From Octopus sinensis (lineage: Eukaryota), in the NCBI RefSeq assembly GCF_006345805.1, contig NC_043008.1:69130001-69194000 (forward strand): 64,000 bases of DNA. The letters are read 5' to 3'. The notes beneath the pieces are model-generated. The model saw nothing but the letters and a program-made list of their open reading frames with translations. It made no database searches and was not told the DNA's origin. Position 1 is the stretch's first letter. Each line of letters begins with the position of its first letter. The position numbers and the translations under genes were made by a program. Below, one piece after another: positions 1 to 12,849 of the stretch.

Positions 1-320
1 ATATATATTTACACACACCAGTATTAGTTTTCCCTTTACACGTTCCATATAAACTATAATTCATAATATATATATATTGGCCCTTTTCGGCCTATCATAT
101 ACAAATAATTTATATGATACACTTTCCTTTTTTGACACTTATCACACGTCCATATTGTTAGTTTATATATTGCCTTTTTACACGTACAATTCGCAGTAAA
201 TTATATCATATATCTTCCTCTAAACAGACATCTTTCATTCATAGACTAACTGTATATGTATGTTTGTATATTATCTCTACATAATACACACATTCACATT
301 CACACTCTCTTTCTTTCCCT

Positions 321-570
321 TTCTCACACACACACACACACGCACGCACACATGCGCATACACATTCACATATAGTCCGAAGATCTATTATATATATCAA
401 GCTACATACAGAGGACTGGAAGCACATATACAATCGTACATATGCACGTATTCATGTTTACATACATGCTCTGATATTTATGTGTGTTTATGTGTATGCA
501 TATACATGTATTACACTGCGCGTATATTCATATATGCATACATATATTTGTATATATATATATATATATG

Positions 571-616
<46 letters not shown>

Positions 617-675
617 CATACATATATATGTATATACATGTATATATATATATATCATATATGTATATATATGTG

Positions 676-715
<40 letters not shown>

Positions 716-930
716 TATGTATGTATATATTATTTATATACACACACACAGTCGTGTGTGAATCTACGATTGATTTTTTTGTATTTATATATGTATACAG
801 GCTCACACATTTATGCATATACACATACAAATATGCACTCACGCACTCACAAAACACACATATGCACACACAGGTACACGCACACATATACATACATTCA
901 TTCGCGCCTATACATTGATACGTATATACA
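321..930. repeat. Compound (CA)n/(TA)n/(TG)n microsatellite tract
   Basis: Directly visible dinucleotide runs; the YI/CV/HT-rich ORFs here are translation artefacts. Confidence 0.95.
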
Positions 931-1559
931 CATATTAGGATTCAGCGATTAACATCTATTCTTTGAAAAGTTATTTTATCATAAGGTCGTTAGGAGAGAA
1001 ACCATATATATAAAAAAATAACCTTTCACGAGAGAAAAGAAAATAGTCTGAAAACTATATTAGGGTATAACAGTAATAAATAATACAGTATTTTAATTGG
1101 TTGGTGGGTGTTTGATGTGTCATTAACTGTCGTGCTGTGTATAACAATATTTGACGTAGAATTCATCTTCTCTATGCTATAATTTATAATTCGGTTTATG
1201 TTGTGTGAACGATGCTCTCTTCCACACTATCATCCTGATCGCATATATGGTGTTTAATCGGTTAATTTACGCATTAATCATAGCTTAGGGTGTGATCGTT
1301 GTTGCTGATGGTGTTTACTCCACAGAGCAGCTTTGATCAAGCAAGAATTATCAAATATTTTCCAGGCATAGCAGTCACGTCTTATTGTGTATCAATACTA
1401 CAATATGTGCGGTGTAAGCCTTTAAACTGTATCCGGTATTGGAGCTCTGATTCAGGAATACCAGAAATATCAGGTGTGTGAAACCACCGCTTGGCCACTA
1501 ACCTTCCCAAGTTTACTCTGATCCTGTGTAGGGTCCTAGCTATGGGTTGATAAGCCTTA

Positions 1560-1900
1560 ATATGCTAATTAATATTATGATATGTTTGCCACGCTTGCCT
1601 TTGAAAACTGGATCCTGCGGACTCTGCAGAAGAAACATTCGTAGTTCAACGGAAGTGAAGGCAGCAGCAATGACGCATTGTGGCGTGCAGAGAGTAAGAT
1701 GAGGCAAGACATTTTGGTCATCCGCTGCATCCATCTCCAACTCCAGTCATCTTTACTGTTCTTGCCATTAGATTGAAGATGGTCACGGACGAGAATGTGA
1801 GGTTGACGGTGCGCTGCACTTCTTCGCTTTAAAGTCACCACCCAATACATAATGGATTTGGTATCTGATGTAGCTTGTGAAATTAATGTGTCTGTATCCT
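1560..1900 (-). other. GC-enriched unique segment, possibly an APE-endonuclease relic of a LINE (alternative: exon)
   Basis: One minus frame has YVLGGDFKAK (GDFN-like) and QSPQDPVFKGKRGKHII (PTF..RG..IID-like) with stops between them; motif spacing is longer than usual. Confidence 0.3.
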
Positions 1901-2559
1901 GAAATTTTTATATATACATGTGTGTGCGCGTTTGTGTGTGTGTATGTGTGTGTGTGTCTGTATCTATGTGTCTGTGTGTGTCTGCATATAGTCAATCTGC
2001 GAAGGAGCAGCGAGTGATTCTGAGTATATGCAAAGTTATAAACAGGTAAAAATCACACAGATAACATGAGTGAAATGTGGATTAAGACAAGCGAATCGCG
2101 CTCCTCAAAAGCGTATAAGTATAAAGCAAATAATCAACAAACAAAAAATTGTTGAAGGAAGCTTCATACACTGAAAGAAAAAATAAAAGAGAATCTGATG
2201 GTTTTGATATAGTAAGTTTTGTCTCTTTCCATTGCTTCTCGGTGTTTTTTCTTCAGTACTTTGATTCTGAACACGTTGATAATTTTTATCTTACAAAAAA
2301 CCTCAGATTCAAATCTGTTCTGCCCAGATCACTTTTTTCTTCTAGTTCTCATTTAGAAACCTGTATATGCATGAAAACAGATACCCAAAATAGCCATCAC
2401 GCGCAAGCGATCATGACTTTGCTAATTGTTTTGCGTTTCTATGCAGCTGCGAATAGACACAGGCACTCTCTCAGTCCTTCCACAACTATGCTAACAGAAC
2501 ATGGAATATGTGATAACTAGAAGTGAGAGCGGCACCAGCGCACTTCACTGGTACTCATT

Positions 2560-3065
2560 TTCAGGTGAGGGTTCCAAAGGACAAATGTTATCCATCTTAA
2601 CTTTTTCCACCGACTGGCTGGGGTTTCTAAATAAGAGCTGGTAGGAAAAAATGAGCTGGGTTAACACTTTTACACTGGTGACCTCGGGTATCTGATAGTA
2701 AATTTCGCAAGCATTCCTGTCCAAATGTCATTGCCAACAACTCCTGATACTAAGTGTGAGATATCTGTTAGTTACGCAGGATTATAAAATATAGTGAAAA
2801 ATTGGAATGCCACTCTCGACTGGAACCACCAAATGATGTTGGTACTTATAAAATATCTACTTCCTTTATTCCAGATGTTATTTAAATATTATTGGTATTT
2901 TTTGCAATTCAAGCGACCAAGTAGATGATCTACAGCTTGTTGCTATCGTTGTTCCTGCCAAGCTTCATCGGCTTGACATTGGTCTAATGTTGCTCTGATC
3001 AAGATTTCTGTTTCAGTGTCCATGCCATCAATTTATGTAGCCACAATCTATCTTCTAGTACATTA
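2560..3065 (-). mobile_element. R4/Dong-like (RLE) non-LTR retrotransposon relic
   Basis: Minus-strand peptides GMDTETEILIRATLDQ and DISHLVSG resemble the GLKAETEGLIIAAQDQ and ETIxHLVSGC motifs; many stops and frameshifts. Confidence 0.6.
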
Positions 3066-3084
3066 ACCAAAGTGTGCGTGTCTC

Positions 3085-3265
3085 TTTGTGTTTGTGTTTG
3101 TTCACAACCACCGCTTGAAAACTGCAAAGGAGACCGATACAATAAGAACCAGGTTTAAAAAATAAGCACGGGTGTCGATTCATTAGAGTAAGCCAAAAAA
3201 TCTCTGAGGTTGTGCCCCAGCAGAGTCGCAGTCTAATGACTGAAACAAGTCAAAGACAAAAGGCA
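3085..3265 (+). mobile_element. SINE family B, 3' fragment
   Basis: Matches the 3' part of the 29430-29800 copy (gagaccgata...gcagtctaatgactgaaacaag). Confidence 0.7.
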
Positions 3266-3961
3266 GAGAAGCCCTTGCTAATGATTTTTCTAAATCATAC
3301 TGAAGACTGCATAAATATATTTTATTTCTCCATCAAACTAACCGAACCTCATTTTTATGACATTAATACAGAGGAGACGATGGGTCGGTCTGTAGATCAT
3401 TTTATTGAAATATATTATCAAAAAGTATTTTCTTCAACTTCCAAACATAGCGGGAGAGTAATGAGGCATTCCCTTTACTTCTATTTCACAAAGAGTAGAA
3501 ATCAGCTGTTGTATGTTATTTCCTGTACATACGAACTGAAATATTTTCTAGAAAACTAGAAATAATGAAATAAAATAGTTATTTAGCTTGATTCACTGGT
3601 GACTTTAAGAGCTGCTTGCTATTCAGTTGCCGCAGCAGTATGTTCATGAAGTTGCATTTGTGCAACTTCTTCAGTTTATATATAACAGGATTCGTTGTAA
3701 ATCTCATGCTGAATTTACCCGAGTAATTCTTCCACCAGAGGCTTTTGTATAATATGTATACTTTTTATTCCATCTATCTTCTTTCCGTCTTTTTCTTACC
3801 GGCAATTTTTAATTTGAAATCCCACCACAAACAGTAAACTGTTCTTGTAATGTCTTCCACATATGATGCCCCTGTGGAAAATATAAGAGCTGAGGCGGTA
3901 CCATAAGCAATGAAGTAAATCTGAGGTTTGATATTTGCAAATTGAAATTGTCATTATTGAA

Positions 3962-4175
3962 CTGGCTGAATCGTTAGCACGCCAGACAGAATACTTAGCA
4001 GTATTTCGTCTATCCTTACGTTCTGAGTTCCAATTCTGTCGCCGTCGACTTTGCTTTTCATCGTTTCAAGGTCGATAAAATAAGTACCAGTTGCGCACTG
4101 GGGTCGATGTAACCGTCTTATCCTTTCCTCCCAGAACTTCAGACCTTGTGCCTATAGCACAAAGGATTATTATTA
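3962..4175 (+). mobile_element. SINE family A (tRNA-like head, gtcgactttgcctttcatcc core)
   Basis: gaatcgttagcacgcc...ttacgttctgagttccaatt...gtcgactttgc...ggtcgataaaataagtaccag; recurs more than 15 times in the window. Confidence 0.9.
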
Positions 4176-4191
4176 TGATTAATGTTATTTT

Positions 4192-4568
4192 CTTCTCTAG
4201 ACACAAGGCAAAAATTTTTGGGGAGGGGGCGAATCGATTAGATCGGTCCCAGTACGCAGCTGGTACTTAATTTATCGACCCCGAAAGAATGAAAGGCAAA
4301 GTCGACCTCGGCGGAATTTGAACTCAGAACGTAAAGACAGACGAAATACCTATTTCTTTACTACCCACAAGGGGCCAAACAAGGACAGACAAACGGATTA
4401 AGTCGATTATATCGACTACAGTGCGTAACTGGTACTTATTTAATCGACCCCGAAAGGAAGAAAGGCAAAGTCGACCTCGGCAGAATTTGAACTCAGAACG
4501 TAAAGACACATGAAATACCGCTAAGTATTTCGCTCGAGGTGCTAATGTTTCTACCAGCTCGCCACCTT
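4192..4568 (-). mobile_element. SINE family A, dimeric copy
   Basis: Reverse complement of family A with a tandemly repeated internal unit; faces the preceding plus copy tail-to-tail. Confidence 0.9.
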
Positions 4569-4674
4569 TTATTATGACTAATATTATCATCACTACTGGC
4601 AGGAAGCTGGCACAACCGTTAGCACGCAGGGCAATGTGCTTAGTAGCATTTCGTCTGTCCTTGCTTTTTAAAGC

Positions 4675-4880
4675 GGCGATCTGGCAGAATCGTTGGTATA
4701 CCAGACAAAACGCTTAGCGGTATTTCGTCCATTTTTACGTTCTGAGATGGAATTCCACCGGTGTCGACTTTACCTTTCATCCTTTCGGGTTCGATAAAGT
4801 TAGTACCAGTTAAGCATTGGGATTAGTGTAATCGCCTTATCCCTCCCATCAAACTTGCTATCCTTGTACCAAAATTGGAA
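4675..4880 (+). mobile_element. SINE family A
   Basis: ggcggcgatctggcagaatcgttgg...gtcgactttacctttcatcc...gtaccag. Confidence 0.85.
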
Positions 4881-4888
4881 AGCAATTT

Positions 4889-4890
<2 letters not shown>

Positions 4891-4957
<67 letters not shown>

Positions 4958-4959
4958 AG

Positions 4960-5013
<54 letters not shown>

Positions 5014-5027
5014 CTACTACTACTACT
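4891..5027. repeat. (CTA)n(CTG)n(CTA)n trinucleotide microsatellite
   Basis: Direct; produces the poly-L and poly-V ORFs. Confidence 0.97.
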
Positions 5028-5139
5028 CTTATTATAACTATGGACTTATGTTGACGAATAGATGATGGCCCGTGTAGGACGAATTCAACTCTCGGCTGAG
5101 TCCATCGCAAGAATTGACTCAATACCCACATCTAAAAGG

Positions 5140-5620
5140 AAGTGCAGGCAGTGTTTTTCTTGTCTAGCGGCTATAGCAAGAGAAGTTATGTGATGAAGTT
5201 GGAAGGAATGAGGATAGACATCTATAACACCCTTATTGACCTTTTAAGATACCTCTTGGAAAGAAAAATGGGTTGGAGAAAAGGAAGCGCTCTCAGGCAG
5301 TAAATTTGTCAAAAGATGGGCGACTGTGACAATAAATGGTCAGGGTGAATAGACCTACTCTAAACAAACACCTAGGTGATAGAGCAACAGTAAGTAGAGG
5401 GTTTCCGCCTTTGATGGCCTTGGATCTGTAGGATTCCTTTAATGGCCCTAGTTGAAGGCTCTTCTGTATCATTCAAGTACACGATGTATACTTTTATCTC
5501 ATTTCCGTCTCCTTTTTCTTTCTTTCCCGTCATCGTTTATGTAAACCCTCACACAAAACGCAAACTGTACTTATAATACAGATCATTTATCTGATGAACC
5601 TGTGGCAAGTAAAGAAATCA
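5140..5620 (+). mobile_element. Penelope-like element 3' relic (GIY-YIG C-terminus plus pLTR with eroded hammerhead)
   Basis: VRVNRPTLNKHLG resembles the PLE endonuclease end motif (IR..RP.LN); ctgatga...gaaa at 5591-5617. Confidence 0.5.
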
Positions 5621-5654
5621 TCATCATCATCATCATCATCATTATTAGCAGTAC

Positions 5655-5870
5655 TAAGGTGGCGAGCCAGCAGAATCATTAGCATGGCGGGCAAGATACT
5701 TCGCGGCATTTTGTCCGTCTTTGCTGTCTGAGTTCAAATTCCGCCGAAGTCGGCTTTGCTTTTCATCCTTTCAGGGTCGATGAAATAATACCAGTAACGC
5801 ACTAGAGATCGATGTAATCGACTTGCCACTCCCCTAAAATTTCAGGAATTGTGTCTTTAGTAGAAACGAG
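5655..5870 (+). mobile_element. SINE family A
   Basis: aaggtggcgagccagcagaatcattagc...gagttcaaattccgccgaagtcggctttgc. Confidence 0.85.
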
Positions 5871-5949
5871 GGTTGTTGTTGTTGTCGTCGCCGTCGTTGT
5901 TGTTGTTGCCATATTATAAAGTCACGCAAATTTAGAGCTCCGAAAGTTT

Positions 5950-6700
5950 AAAAAGTTTTATCACTCGGTTTGTCTAGTTAAACCTGTTCAATGAATTATT
6001 TTGTTATAACTACTTTGCTGGGATTTTCTGGATCGTAGTGGTCTGGACTAGTGGCTAAATACGACGACGTTCTTGGAGAGACTCTGGCTAGTGTGTTCCA
6101 GAAGAAATTCCGGTTGGGGACTACCATGGACAATTTGATCGCATAATTTATTTCTCTCTTTTCTGCTATTTAAACTAATATTTTTCTGTGTTCTGTCGCA
6201 TGAGGTCCGTGGAAGAATATCGCTAAAGTTAAATCTCAATTATGGTTCATCCATTAAATTTTTTACCTTCCTTTCTTATATCGCTTAAGAGTTTTCTTTC
6301 TCTTTTCTTTGATTTATATTTACACCGAACAATTAGTAGTAGTGGTGAGTTTCCTTGGTGTGAAAGTGTTGAACAAACATAATTTCTCCCTGAGAGCAAT
6401 CTACACCCAGCGGTGATATTTGCATGATCAAGCTCTCAACACTCTCAACACAAATTGGATAAAAAATTATGAACAGTAGCACAGAATGATAGTCATCATG
6501 AAGAAGTCCTCCTTTATTTTAACTTCTCTAAGCTTTTCATTGCTCTGTTTCCCAGTGTTACATACTCTCTGAGAGTACGTTCAGAATATTATCTGCTATT
6601 TCAAACATGCTTAGAGTGCTGTTTTATTTTGAAGAATCATATCAAAAGCATTACGATAATCTATCTACACCATACTTAGCCGCTTTCTGTCTCATATTAC
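5950..6700 (+). mobile_element. Possible Penelope-like RT relic
   Basis: FLGVKV...YLHDQALNTLNTNWIK loosely resembles the PLE RT FLDV...YLHF.S.HP region; heavily decayed. Confidence 0.3.
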
Positions 6701-6719
6701 AGATTTGTCAATGACTACT

Positions 6720-6876
6720 CCTTTACTTGTTTCAGTCATTTGACTGTGGCCATGCTGGAGCACCGGCTTTAGTCGAACAAATCGACCCAGGACATTCCTT
6801 GGAAGACTAGTACTTATTCTATCAGTGTTTTTTGCCGGGGGTGGGGGTGGGGGGCAAACACAGACACACAAATACA

Positions 6877-6932
<56 letters not shown>

Positions 6933-7100
6933 CATATATACGACGGGCTTCTTTCAGTTTCCGTCTACCAAATACACTCACAAGGCTTTGGTCGGCCCCA
7001 GTAGAAGACACATGCCCAAGGTGCCACGCAGTGAGACTGAACCCGGAACCATGTGGTTGGTAAGCAAGCTACTTACAAAACAGCCACTCCTGCGCCTATA
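6720..7100 (-). mobile_element. SINE family B (tRNA head plus ttgggcaag CORE-like segment, internal (CA)(TA) microsatellite)
   Basis: Reverse complement of gcgcaggagtggctg...ccgggttcagtc...ccttgggca...gactgaaacaagtaaag. Confidence 0.9.
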
Positions 7101-7329
7101 ATGACTAGTTCATCTTTTGCAGTTTTTGTTTCTCTTCTAAACCCTTTTTAATCAGGTAAATTATTCTGTCTTTCAAGATGATTGTATATTTCTTCTGCAA
7201 TAATTCCAGCCAAAAGTGTTCATATTAGAGAGAGGGAAAGGGGGAGAGAGAGAGAAAGAAAAAGAGAGAGAGAGAGACGTGTGTCTCCCTGTAGTTGCCG
7301 ACCTCATTATCCATATGAATATCTGTCAC

Positions 7330-8400
7330 CAAAATATATTTAACACTGGAAGTGATATATTTAGAAACACTCTAATTTTCATTCATTAATCCTCAAACGT
7401 TTCCATACAAAATATTTGAACCCCATCTGGGCCAGGAGATTTCCAATTGGCAATCATTTCTATCTTATTTTTAGTTTTTAACATTGCTTTTTGAATTAAA
7501 CATTTCGTTCCTTTTTCAGTTTGCGTTTTTGCTACGACTTCTTTTATCCATTCTGCTTCCTCAATGTGAGCTTGAGCACGTTTTCTTTCTTAAATATCCG
7601 CCCATGGTTTTCCCGTTTTCTCTTTCTCACCGATGATTTGTGTCACCTGCATGTCGTTCAATTCTTTGAAAAATGTGGATTCATTGCATTTGAACAACCT
7701 GATTTCTTTGTACTATTTTGTTGTATGTAACGTTTTGCTGTGGCGGATTTTGAAGCCTTTTCGTTTGATATTGTACAGACGTTGCAGGCAGTTTTTCTGA
7801 CTATTTTTTTTTCTTTTAGTTTCCGTTTTTACCATTTCTCTGCTAATCCTATATTTTGTCGCAGTTGGTCTATTTTCCATGTATTCTTTGCTTCCAAAAT
7901 GGATCGCTGTCCCTTTTACCTTTTCTGCTTTTCTTTGTACCTAACATTTCCACATCACAGTTGCCTCTATTTTAATCAGATTGTTGGTCTGCGTTACGTT
8001 TATTGTGCTTATTTGCAATATTACACCGTCTGCTTTCTCCGTTATTACTTTAGTTCTTTTCCAGTCTAAACTACGTAGATTTTGTGGTTGTCGTAAGGAC
8101 TGCTTTCCCCAATTTCCTTTATTTATCATAGTATATTGTTGGATTCCTCAGCTAATTCTCTCTGTCCTTTCGAGGCTATGTTTATGCTTACATTAGTCTC
8201 AACATCGTTATCTTCCACCTCAGTTAGTTTAACGACTTCAACATCATCCTGTAATTCTCTTTCCTCTATTATGTCATGCTATTTGCCTTGCTGGATTTCC
8301 CTCTTAATTTCCTCTATGAGGCTGTCTCTCGAATCCGAGAAAGACGGTTCTAGACATTCTTGCTGAACAACCTGCACACCTGATTTGTTTAGGGTGGTTA
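7330..8400 (-). mobile_element. R4/Dong-like retrotransposon ORF relic (pre-RT region)
   Basis: Minus-strand RLYNIKRKGFKI / SKSATAKRY / YKEIRLFKCNESTFFKEL resemble the KYNIKRKG...AK...RY...QNRLF..N...FY segment of this clade. Confidence 0.6.
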
Positions 8401-8509
8401 CATTTATGTTTATGCTGCACGTAAGCTTACTACTTCTATCAAACCGACATTACCAATACAGGCGCCAAACGTCAGGTGTCGAAGTGATCACAAAATAACG
8501 CGAGATGAG

Positions 8510-8740
8510 GTGAGCTGGCAGAAACGTTAGCACGCTGGGCGAAATGCTTAGCAGTTTTTGTCTGTTTTTACGCTGAGTTCAAATTCCGCCGAGGTCGACT
8601 TTGCCTTTCATCCTTTCGGGGTCGATAAATTAAGTACCAGTTACGCGCTCACTGGGGTCGATGTCATCGACTTAATCGCTTTGTCTGTCCTTGTTTGTCT
8701 CCTCTATGTTTAGCCCCTTATGGGTAATAAAGAAATAAGT
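8510..8740 (+). mobile_element. SINE family A
   Basis: gagctggcagaaacgttagcacgc...gaggtcgactttgcctttcatcctttcggggtcgataaattaagtaccag. Confidence 0.9.
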
Positions 8741-8754
8741 AACACGAGATGATA

Positions 8755-8857
8755 TGTCTTGCTCAGTAACACAACACACTGCCCGGTCCGGTAATCGAAC
8801 CGATGATATTGCAATTGTGAGTGCAACATCCTAACCACTAGGTCACACGGCCTCCAT
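8755..8857 (-). mobile_element. SINE family C tRNA-like head fragment
   Basis: Reverse complement ggaggccgtgtgacctagtggttagg...ggttcgattaccggaccgggcagtgtgttgtg: A and B boxes. Confidence 0.7.
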
Positions 8858-8959
8858 TTCCTGTAACTGTAGTTTTGCGCACCATTCTTTGTTCTTAATT
8901 TACTCAATTCGATCCCATAGCTTCGGTTCAGTTATATCAAAAGAGTTGCTGCTCCTTCG

Positions 8960-9335
8960 TAGCATTTGCTATGGTATCCTTGTTTCCCTGTAGTCTTTCA
9001 TAATAGTATTTTATCATTGCTGTCTTGCATTCTTCATTTCGAGCAGTTCTCGAATGACAAATGAGCTCACACTACGCCTCCGTGAAACAATTGTTGGCGG
9101 GAGACCTTCAATTTGGATTTCAGCCACATTTACGCTGTTATTTGAATCATTGTTATATTCAAATTCCTTCACAAGACGTTAGTCCTTTTTCAACTTGCAC
9201 AACTACCAGTATTTTTATCGAAAAGCCTTTTCTAGAAAAAACTGTCATCCAAGACATCTTTATGCTCCTGAGACATGGTTATAGACCACCGAACGGAAGC
9301 CTAGCTTTTTCGTTATCGCAGGGTCTTATGATGAA

Positions 9336-9337
<2 letters not shown>
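8960..9337 (+). mobile_element. Penelope-like GIY-YIG/pLTR relic
   Basis: TNELTLRL and HCYIQIP...PFSTC...FIEK resemble the PLE endonuclease; eroded hammerhead core at 9268-9294. Confidence 0.45.
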
Positions 9338-9369
<32 letters not shown>

Positions 9370-9392
9370 TAATAATAATAATAATAATAATA

Positions 9393-9424
<32 letters not shown>

Positions 9425-10239
9425 AAGAACAATTTATTATTATTAGTTGTACTTTAGCTTGAAAGAATAGTTTATTTTTTTCCTTTTGAATTACTATGAT
9501 TTCTAAGGAATTTTTTAGGAACCGGGGGTTTATGTCGCGTAAACCTATTTAAGATAGCAAGTGATTTTCATTCGGCTTTTGCAAATAAAAATAATATTTA
9601 AGATTTAGAACATTTTGTTCGACTTGACTGGGAAAATCATAAACTCGTCTAAGCAACACTCATCGGAAAGAAAGAAAACTTCTGTGAAAGCAAAACAGAA
9701 AAACATGAACGAGTCTTGCAAGCGGAAGGTATGTGATTTTGTTTGGGGAAGAATTATTTTCCAAAAAAGATTAGAAGCTTATTTAATGGTTGTGGTAACA
9801 CACTTGGTAGCAACAGCAACAACAATTATAACAGCAGAGGCAGCAACAGCAGCAGTAGCAGCAATAGAAGCAGCAGTAACAGCAGTAGAAGCAAGAATAA
9901 CAACCATGACGACATCACATTGACGCACACATCAGGAAGGTCACCGAGCAAGAAATGCAAAAACAGAGGTAGCTTTAACAAAATCGTGTCCTACATCAAA
10001 ATTTGGAATATGGATAGAACAGAATTGCAAATGAAGTTGGGGAGAGAATTGTTTTAAAAAAGGCTCAGTGTCCCTATAACAACCATTTATTCAGGAGCAC
10101 GCATAAAGGAAGCAGTTCTATCATGGTTTCGTGAAGGAAGAGAACTCTCTATCTCTCTGCTCTCTTTCTCTTTCTCTCTCTCTCTCTCTGCCATGAAAAG
10201 ACCACTTAAGCGAGGGCCTGGCACATGAGTGAAATAAAG

Positions 10240-10900
10240 TTTTGGCTTCTGAAAGGAGTGAATATTACAGCAACAACAGTTGAACCCTGATAGCGAGAGC
10301 AGAGCGTGGCGCTAGGCAGAGATGTTACAAGAAACAACCGTATATAATTTTAGGTTTTGGTAAATGGGGAGTATAACACAAAGTTGATATTCCGGATACT
10401 GGCTGTGATTTCGATCCATTGTTCCATGTAAACGTTTTAGTGCTATACGGGTGAGTACTGAGTGCAAAACCAATGATAAACGAAGATAGCCATGCATTTT
10501 TTTCCCCATGAATATTTGTTATTACCATCCACTTTGGGGCATGAAGAAACTTAGGTGACTTCTACAAATGTGCCACCAAAAATTAATACAAACTATTTTA
10601 CAATAATCTCAGAAATATGGATCAGTTATCAACTTTCATCCACAAAAATAAATAAAAGAAAGACTTAGAGCTAAGAATTAAGGTGCCAAAGCTGTTGATC
10701 CTAAAAGGATAGGTCATATTTTGTTGGAGTCTTTCATTTGGATGGTGCTGATATAATAAGTTTTGCTCTAAAGGGCACAGGAGATAGTTGTTTTATCTGT
10801 AGGAGCAGCAATAACCGGAGACCATTTTGTACTCAAGCAAGAGGGGTGGAAAACCCTTGATCCCTAAAACATGACCATAACATGAATTAAAGCTGCAACA
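10240..10900 (-). mobile_element. RTE-like LINE relic
   Basis: SVLTRIALKRLHGT resembles the RTE TWTLTKTLEKRLDGTYTR segment. Confidence 0.4.
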
Positions 10901-11029
10901 TAAGTAATAAGAATAGCAAGCATATTAGAAGCAGCAGCAAAAACAAGAACAGCAAAGTTTATGTTTGTGAGTTAAAAGTTTGTGTATATCAAACTCCAGT
11001 CTCTATAGCTTGCACTCTACCTTTCTCTC

Positions 11030-11034
11030 TCTCT

Positions 11035-11077
<43 letters not shown>

Positions 11078-11197
11078 ACACACACACACATACACACACA
11101 TGTATATGTAACCTTATGTACATATACATGCATCTATATATTTATACATATATACATATATAAATGTATATATATATGTATGTGTATATAATGTATG

Positions 11198-11229
<32 letters not shown>

Positions 11230-11368
11230 GTATATATATATACATATAATATATATATATACATGTATATGTATATATATATGTGTGTATGTATATATAT
11301 GTATATATACATATATATATACACACACGCACACACACGCATAAATACATATATGTATATACATATAC

Positions 11369-11411
<43 letters not shown>

Positions 11412-11420
11412 CTTGTGTAT
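11030..11420. repeat. (CTA)n/(CA)n/(TA)n compound microsatellite
   Basis: Direct. Confidence 0.95.
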
Positions 11421-11688
11421 CACGCGTTCTTCCTGCAATTTCTTAGTTTTCTTGTCACCAGTTACGTATAAACCCACGTATCCTACCATAATATATATGC
11501 GTGTATGTATGTGTGTATGCACACACACGTTTTGGCAATTTCGTTTTACCTGTCAATTCTGTACAGTAACTATTATTTTGTATTACTTTCAAATGTCTTG
11601 TTTCGTTATATTATTCGCTTTCTCGTGACAGTTAAAATACCAATGATAACAACAACAACAACAATAATAATAATCATAATAGTATTTA

Positions 11689-11760
<72 letters not shown>

Positions 11761-12199
11761 CATTATTAATATGCTTTCAGTAATGTTCCAATGCACCTCT
11801 TTGTTGTTCCTGAGGTGTGTGCACTACGGTCTTTTTGGTGTACTTGTGAACGTGTTTTTCCCCAATCTAATTTGCTGTGTTATGGCTGTCGCTATTTCTT
11901 TCGGTATTTTCGGTGTTGCCTTTTGTTTATTAAGAAGAAAAAACTGTTTAAAGTATTTGGAAGGTGGTTATGTAGAGTCTATACAGCTTATTTCTAAGCT
12001 GAGTTATTATATCTACAAGTTGATTGTTTAGAAATTCTAGTATAGAGAATTGAAAAGTGTCTTGTATAGACCGTGCGTTGTATCAAATAGGGTTATCTTT
12101 GAGGGATTTTGTGGAGAATTATGAAAACTGCGAACATAGATCTAGTTTTTGCTCTTTGCCTTCTTATTCGCTACTAATATATTATTATTATTATTATTA

Positions 12200-12248
<49 letters not shown>

Positions 12249-12797
12249 GACTGAGAGAGTATTGCATGCCATCAAAGTAACAATGGGGTAAAATATACGA
12301 AGCCCAGTATACCCATCATGACTAACCGTCTGATAAGGGTACACCACGCGCATCCATCACAACCATATGTGCGCGAAATGGTGATTTCGTATCGAGATAA
12401 ACAGCACATGACCTTGCAGGTGGGGCCCAGATAGAATTTTCTTCAGGTCGAGTCGCACATCCCGCTCAAAAGGTCCCTGAATAAGAGTTCTTTAATGATG
12501 TTGAATGAACCACCCATGTTTCCAATGGTGAATTATCCAAACGTCCAAGACTTCCTTTCAACACACGGCTATGATGCTCCCCAACTACTTCTGCTCATGA
12601 TCAGAGATGCACATATCGTCAGCCACCAAGAGACATGGTCAACTGGTTAAAGTCAAGCAACTGACAAGCAACTCTGTGGTATTGAGCAGAATATTTGCTG
12701 TAGCCCATCTTTTATACCAAGACAAAACGATGTACATGATAACACTTCCAATCAGTTAAGAAGCCATGAGAGCCATTGCCTAATACTGCATTAGGGC

Positions 12798-12801
<4 letters not shown>
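12249..12801 (-). mobile_element. ~550-bp non-autonomous element embedded in (TAA)n
   Basis: Bounded by (TTA)n on both sides; homologous, in opposite orientation, to 63659-63982; no tRNA head, no useful ORF. Confidence 0.8.

Positions 12802-12849
<48 letters not shown>

Noticed and set aside
260-952. 230-aa and overlapping ORFs rich in Y/I/C/V/H/T (and similar ORFs throughout the track)
   Set aside because: Translations of (TA)n, (TG)n and (CA)n repeats, which lack stops in some frames.
1992-2045. 54-nt open phase-0 exon candidate SICEGAASDSEYMQSYKQ with CAG|GTAAAA donor
   Set aside because: Acceptor lies in a TG microsatellite edge, no recognisable homology, no linked exons; plausible by chance.
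2149-2520. 123-aa ORF
   Set aside because: TTG start, no motif and no splice context; consistent with a chance ORF.
6837-6854. G-rich run as a G-quadruplex
   Set aside because: Only three G tracts, inside a SINE copy.
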